Positions 60,471 through 64,000 of a stretch of 64,000 nucleotides of DNA are shown here, in pieces. Positions within the stretch are counted from its first letter, which is position 1, and each line of letters starts with the position of its first letter. The stretch covers positions 2,359,272-2,423,271 of the forward strand of contig JACKAQ010000001.1 in the NCBI GenBank assembly GCA_020634975.1, read 5' to 3'. The notes under the pieces were generated by a model. That model saw only the letters and a list, made by a program, of their open reading frames with translations. It was not told the origin of the DNA and did not search any database. Both the position numbers and the translations under genes were made by a program. Source of the stretch: Calditrichia bacterium (GTDB lineage Bacteria > Calditrichota > Calditrichia > RBG-13-44-9 > J075).

Positions 60471-61229
60471 TTATCGCTGTGCGACAAAAAAGATGCGTTC
60501 GTGATCTTCCGGATTGTGAATGTTTTGCGACAAATCGTTTGCCGAGCAGAAACGCACATTCCGGAAACCGAGGTAAATGAGGTAGGAAAAAATTTCGCGC
60601 AAATTATAAACAAAATTGGTCAGTGACTGATCGAAGCGCTCGAATTGTCCGGTTTCGTTTTTCACAAATCCGGTGATTTCGAGAATGGAGCAGGCGTTGC
60701 GCGCGTCGAAAATGCTGCGGCTGATCATCAAAACCTCCTGCTGATCCATCACTTGAATGTTGGTGAACTGGCGCAAACCCCGCTCCGTATTCATGTCGAA
60801 AATCAGCCAGCCATCGTCCAGCAGCATGGTTTTGGCATTTGCGAGCGTTTGTTTAATTTGCTGGATTTCCGGCAGATGATTGAACGAATCGTAAGTGGAA
60901 ACCACCAGCCCAAACTTGTTGTCAATATTAAATTTACTGACATCGGATTCGATAAATTGCGCCGCACCGTTTGCCAAAAAATCAGCGGTTTTTTCGCGAG
61001 CGAGATCCAGCATTCCCGCAGAAATATCCACACCGGTCACCGGAAATCCGTTTTGGAGAAAATGCAACGCCAGATCGCCGGTGCCGCAACACAAATCGAG
61101 CACGGGCAGTTTTTCTTTTCCGGCGGCGGTGTTGCTGTAAAAATCGCAGATCATCGGCGCTGCGCTGCGCCCAAACGCCGGCCAATACATATCGTAAATT
61201 AATGGGAACAATCCGGTGTAAATATTCAC
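60471..61229 (-). CDS. Class I SAM-dependent methyltransferase
   Basis: Motif I VLDLCCGTGDLALHF. Confidence 0.7.
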   Translation of the reverse strand: MNIYTGLFPLIYDMYWPAFGRSAAPMICDFYSNTAAGKEKLPVLDLCCGTGDLALHFLQNGFPVTGVDISAGMLDLAREKTADFLANGAAQFIESDVSKFNIDNKFGLVVSTYDSFNHLPEIQQIKQTLANAKTMLLDDGWLIFDMNTERGLRQFTNIQVMDQQEVLMISRSIFDARNACSILEITGFVKNETGQFERFDQSLTNFVYNLREIFSYLIYLGFRNVRFCSANDLSQNIHNPEDHERIFFVAQR

Positions 61230-61514
61230 TGTAAAAATCCTGCTTTTTTGAACAATAAAGTAAGTGGATAATAGTAACCTGCGACTAGCGCGTCATGCCC
61301 GTCCCGATGTATCGGGATTATCGGGCATCCAATATGTTAAATGCAAATTTACGTTATCCAACAAATTAGAATTATCGACAAGTTAGGCAAAATTTTGAAC
61401 CGACGGTTATTGCCATCTACAGAATCATTCAAATTGCACTTGACAGCTTTGGCGAATCCCGCTAAACTTGTGCGAAAGAAGCGAATGCGAAAAACGAATG
61501 AGAATATATTGGTG

Positions 61515-63011
61515 ATGAATATTAAAAAATCCATGATTTTACGATGGTTTACACTCTGTTCGGTGATTGCTGTTGTCAATTTTTGGGGCTGCGAAACAGC
61601 GGAGCAGCAGAAAAAATCCGATCAGCCGGTCATCGCAACTGTCGGCTCCGACGAAATTACCCTCGATGATTTCCGGCGATTTTACGAATACGACCCCAAT
61701 TTTGGGGTGGATTCCAGCGGAATCGGCGCGTTGCGCAGTCAGTTGGAAAAGCAGATCGATTACCTGTTAGCCTACCAAAAAGCCCAACAAACGGGATTGA
61801 CCGACAGCAGCTATTTCACAAAAGCGCGCGAATGGGAGTTGCAGCAGGCGATGCTGCGGCAGTTGTATCGCGAAATGGTGCAAAGCGATGTGGCAATTTC
61901 CGATGCGGATTTGCAGCAGGCTTTCCGTGAATACAACACCGAAGTGCGGGTGCGTCATCTGTTTTCACCCGATTATCGGCAAATTGTGGCATGGCAGGAT
62001 TCGCTGCAAAATGGCGTGCCGTTTGCGCGATTGGCGAAACAGGCGTTTCGCGACAGCACGCTTTCGGCAAATGGCGGCGAACTCGGCTGGCAAAAATCCG
62101 GCGATTTGGAGGAGGAATTTGCAGCGGTGGCGATGCAACTGCCGCCGAACACCGTCAGCAATCCGGTGAAAACGCGTTTCGGGTTTCACCTCATCGAAGT
62201 GCTGGATCGCCGCGAACCGCAAATTTTAACAGAATCCGTTTTCGAAAGCCAGCGCCCGAGCCTGGAAAAACGGCTGCGCCGCAAACGGGAGCAGGTTGCT
62301 GCCAATCAATTTATCAGCGAATTTATCGGCGACAAAAATCCACAGCCGGTGGAGCAGGGTTTTCGGCAATTGTGGAATGCGCTCACTAAAAACGCATCCG
62401 GAGAGCAGCCGCGCATGCAATTCCGCAACTCACTCGACGATCAGCAATTGGCGACGGTCAAAGTGCAACTTGCCAAAAATTTGGGTGATCCGCTGGTGCA
62501 ATACTCAGGCGGAGCGATCTCCATCGGCGATTATTTGGCGTCGCTGTCGCAAATGCCGTTGGGCGATCGTCCAAAATTCCAGTCACCGCGCCAGTTTTCC
62601 GACCATTTGGGCATTTGGGTGCGCAACCGGTTTTTGCTGGAAAAAGCCCGGAAATCCGGGCTGGAAAACCATCCGCGCGTGACGCGTGAAATGCACGATT
62701 TCGCGACGGAATTTGCATTTCTGCTGTATCTGCGCGATGAAATTCCGGGCATCAGCATTCCAGATTCTGTTGCCGCATATTTCGAAAACGGGCGAAAAGC
62801 GGCAGATATTCCCGCCGGAAATCCCGATGTGCGCAACCACCACACGCTGCAAAGCTGGGCATGGAGTGAGGCAAATCGCCGGTTGCACAGCAAATTGCGC
62901 ACAGAAAACGCCCCGGAAATCCGCATCGATGAAGCATTGTTGCAGCAGGAAAATGCGTTGATCGACTGGGAAAACCGCATCCGCATGTTTATGATTCGCA
63001 AGCCTTCCTGA
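61515..63011 (+). CDS. Parvulin-type peptidyl-prolyl cis-trans isomerase (SurA/PpiD-like) lipoprotein
   Basis: PpiC domain (GGELGWQKSGDLEEEFAAVAMQLPPNTVSNPVKTRFGFHLIEVLDRR). N-terminal lipobox-like VVNFWGC. Start chosen at ATG 61515 inside the longer ORF. Confidence 0.65.
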   Translation: MNIKKSMILRWFTLCSVIAVVNFWGCETAEQQKKSDQPVIATVGSDEITLDDFRRFYEYDPNFGVDSSGIGALRSQLEKQIDYLLAYQKAQQTGLTDSSYFTKAREWELQQAMLRQLYREMVQSDVAISDADLQQAFREYNTEVRVRHLFSPDYRQIVAWQDSLQNGVPFARLAKQAFRDSTLSANGGELGWQKSGDLEEEFAAVAMQLPPNTVSNPVKTRFGFHLIEVLDRREPQILTESVFESQRPSLEKRLRRKREQVAANQFISEFIGDKNPQPVEQGFRQLWNALTKNASGEQPRMQFRNSLDDQQLATVKVQLAKNLGDPLVQYSGGAISIGDYLASLSQMPLGDRPKFQSPRQFSDHLGIWVRNRFLLEKARKSGLENHPRVTREMHDFATEFAFLLYLRDEIPGISIPDSVAAYFENGRKAADIPAGNPDVRNHHTLQSWAWSEANRRLHSKLRTENAPEIRIDEALLQQENALIDWENRIRMFMIRKPS

Positions 63012-63231
63012 TTCCTGATTAACCGTCGTTAAAAAACGGGAAAATATACACTTAAGGCGTTAATCGTTTAACCTAACGCGCAAAATGTTGCAACCCGGTG
63101 CTGCCCGAAAGCAGTCGCGGCGATTTGAAAAAACAGCCTTTTTGATACAAAAACAGTGTTTATTTTGCGACAATTGCAAACCTTCTGATAATTTCTCAAA
63201 ATCAGGTCAAAAAAATTCCCCAAATTAAGTC

Positions 63232-63260
63232 TTGACATTTCTTGCCAGGTGTCGTTATAT
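63232..63260 (+). promoter_or_regulatory. Sigma-70-like promoter TTGACA-17-TTATAT upstream of the LacI-family gene
   Basis: -35 hexamer at 63232-63237 and -10 hexamer at 63255-63260, 17-nt spacer. Confidence 0.45.
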
Positions 63261-63271
63261 TCATTCAACAA

Positions 63272-63285
63272 GTTAAACGTTTAAC
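63272..63285 (+). promoter_or_regulatory. Perfect 14-bp palindrome GTTAAACGTTTAAC (LacI-family operator-like) between promoter and start codon
   Basis: Matches the LacI/GalR-type operator architecture (central CG, ...AANCGNTT...). Lies 13 nt upstream of ATG 63298. Confidence 0.55.
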
Positions 63286-63297
63286 TAATGGCGGTTC

Positions 63298-64000
63298 GAT
63301 GAGCACGACGATCAGAGATGTTGCCAAAAAAGCGAACGTATCTACCGCAACCGTTTCACTGGTGATCAATAATCACAAACGCATATCACCGGCGACGCGG
63401 GCAAAAGTGCTCAGCGCCATCAAAACACTGGATTATCATCCCAGCCGGTCTGCCCGCGGGCTGGTATCCAATCGCACCGGAAATATCGGTTTTATTCTCC
63501 GCGAAGATCACTTTTCGAAAAGCGAGCCGTTTTACACAAAGGTGTTTCTCGGTACCGAATTTGAGGCACGCGAACACGAGTTTTACGTTTTACTGACCAC
63601 TGTTTCCCCGGAATTTCACAAAGGCGAAGTATTGCCCCGTTTTGTTTTGGAACGCAATGTTGACGGCATTATCATCGCCGGAAAAGTGCCGCAAGAGCTG
63701 ACCGGGCGATTGGGCGAATACAAATTGCCGCTGGTATTTGCGGATTATTATCCGCCCGAAGGCAAATATTCGATGGTGCTGATCGATAACATCGCCGGCG
63801 GCGCAGATGCGACAACTCACCTCATCCAACGCAATCACCGCAATATTGCTTTTGTTGGCGGCGATATCGAACACCCCAGTATTCTGGAGCGGCTTCAGGG
63901 TTACAAAATTGCTTTGGAAAAAGCAAACATCCCGGTTCGGAATGAATGGATAATTACCGACGCTGTTTCGACCAACACGGAAAGCGGCTATCTTTCTGCA
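63298..64000 (+). CDS. LacI-family transcriptional regulator (3'-truncated by window end)
   Basis: N-terminal HTH TIRDVAKKANVSTATVSLVINN followed by periplasmic-binding-protein-like sugar-binding core. No stop within the window. Confidence 0.8.

Noticed and set aside
1-64000. CRISPR arrays, rRNA genes, complete tRNA genes
   Set aside because: No regularly spaced short direct repeats, no rRNA-like conserved stretches and no full cloverleaf candidates were seen.

Overview
This 64-kb window looks like a chromosomal segment from a T9SS-bearing bacterium of the FCB group (Bacteroidota/Ignavibacteriota/Calditrichota-like); the phylum cannot be assigned from sequence alone. Five proteins end in the conserved Por/T9SS C-terminal sorting domain (…NYPNPFNP…RKMILL[KR]). 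There are two large paralogous hybrid two-component regulators with periplasmic beta-propeller (Y_Y_Y), HisKA/HATPase, REC and AraC-HTH domains, and at least one sigma-70-like promoter (TTGACA-17-TTATAT). The left half (about 0.06–34.3 kb) looks accessory. It holds an intact IS5-family (IS427-group) insertion sequence with an A7G programmed -1 frameshift site and an AraC regulator with SDR and quinone-oxidoreductase genes. It also holds a 1087-aa secreted WD40–caspase protein and two regulator-plus-T9SS-cargo loci, one containing a frameshifted cargo pseudogene. This half is bracketed by two direct copies of a ~85-bp element: a tRNA 3'-half-like sequence followed by an intrinsic terminator hairpin. 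The right half holds a Tat-exported molybdenum hydroxylase cassette ([2Fe-2S] subunit, Mo subunit, XdhC, MocA) and a sigma/anti-sigma pair whose anti-sigma carries a periplasmic SBBP beta-propeller. It also holds an M23 peptidase, an APH-family kinase, a small OMP, an ECF sigma factor next to a TPR-rich Hanks Ser/Thr kinase, a LamG-like T9SS cargo, thpR-recA-recX, a UvrD-family helicase, a methyltransferase, a parvulin PPIase and a truncated LacI regulator with its palindromic operator. The most interesting candidates are the WD40–caspase protein, the tRNA-fragment repeats that may delimit a ~33-kb island, the regulator-driven T9SS cargo loci with very large multi-domain proteins, and the ECF-sigma/Ser-Thr-kinase module. 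No CRISPR array, rRNA or complete tRNA was found.
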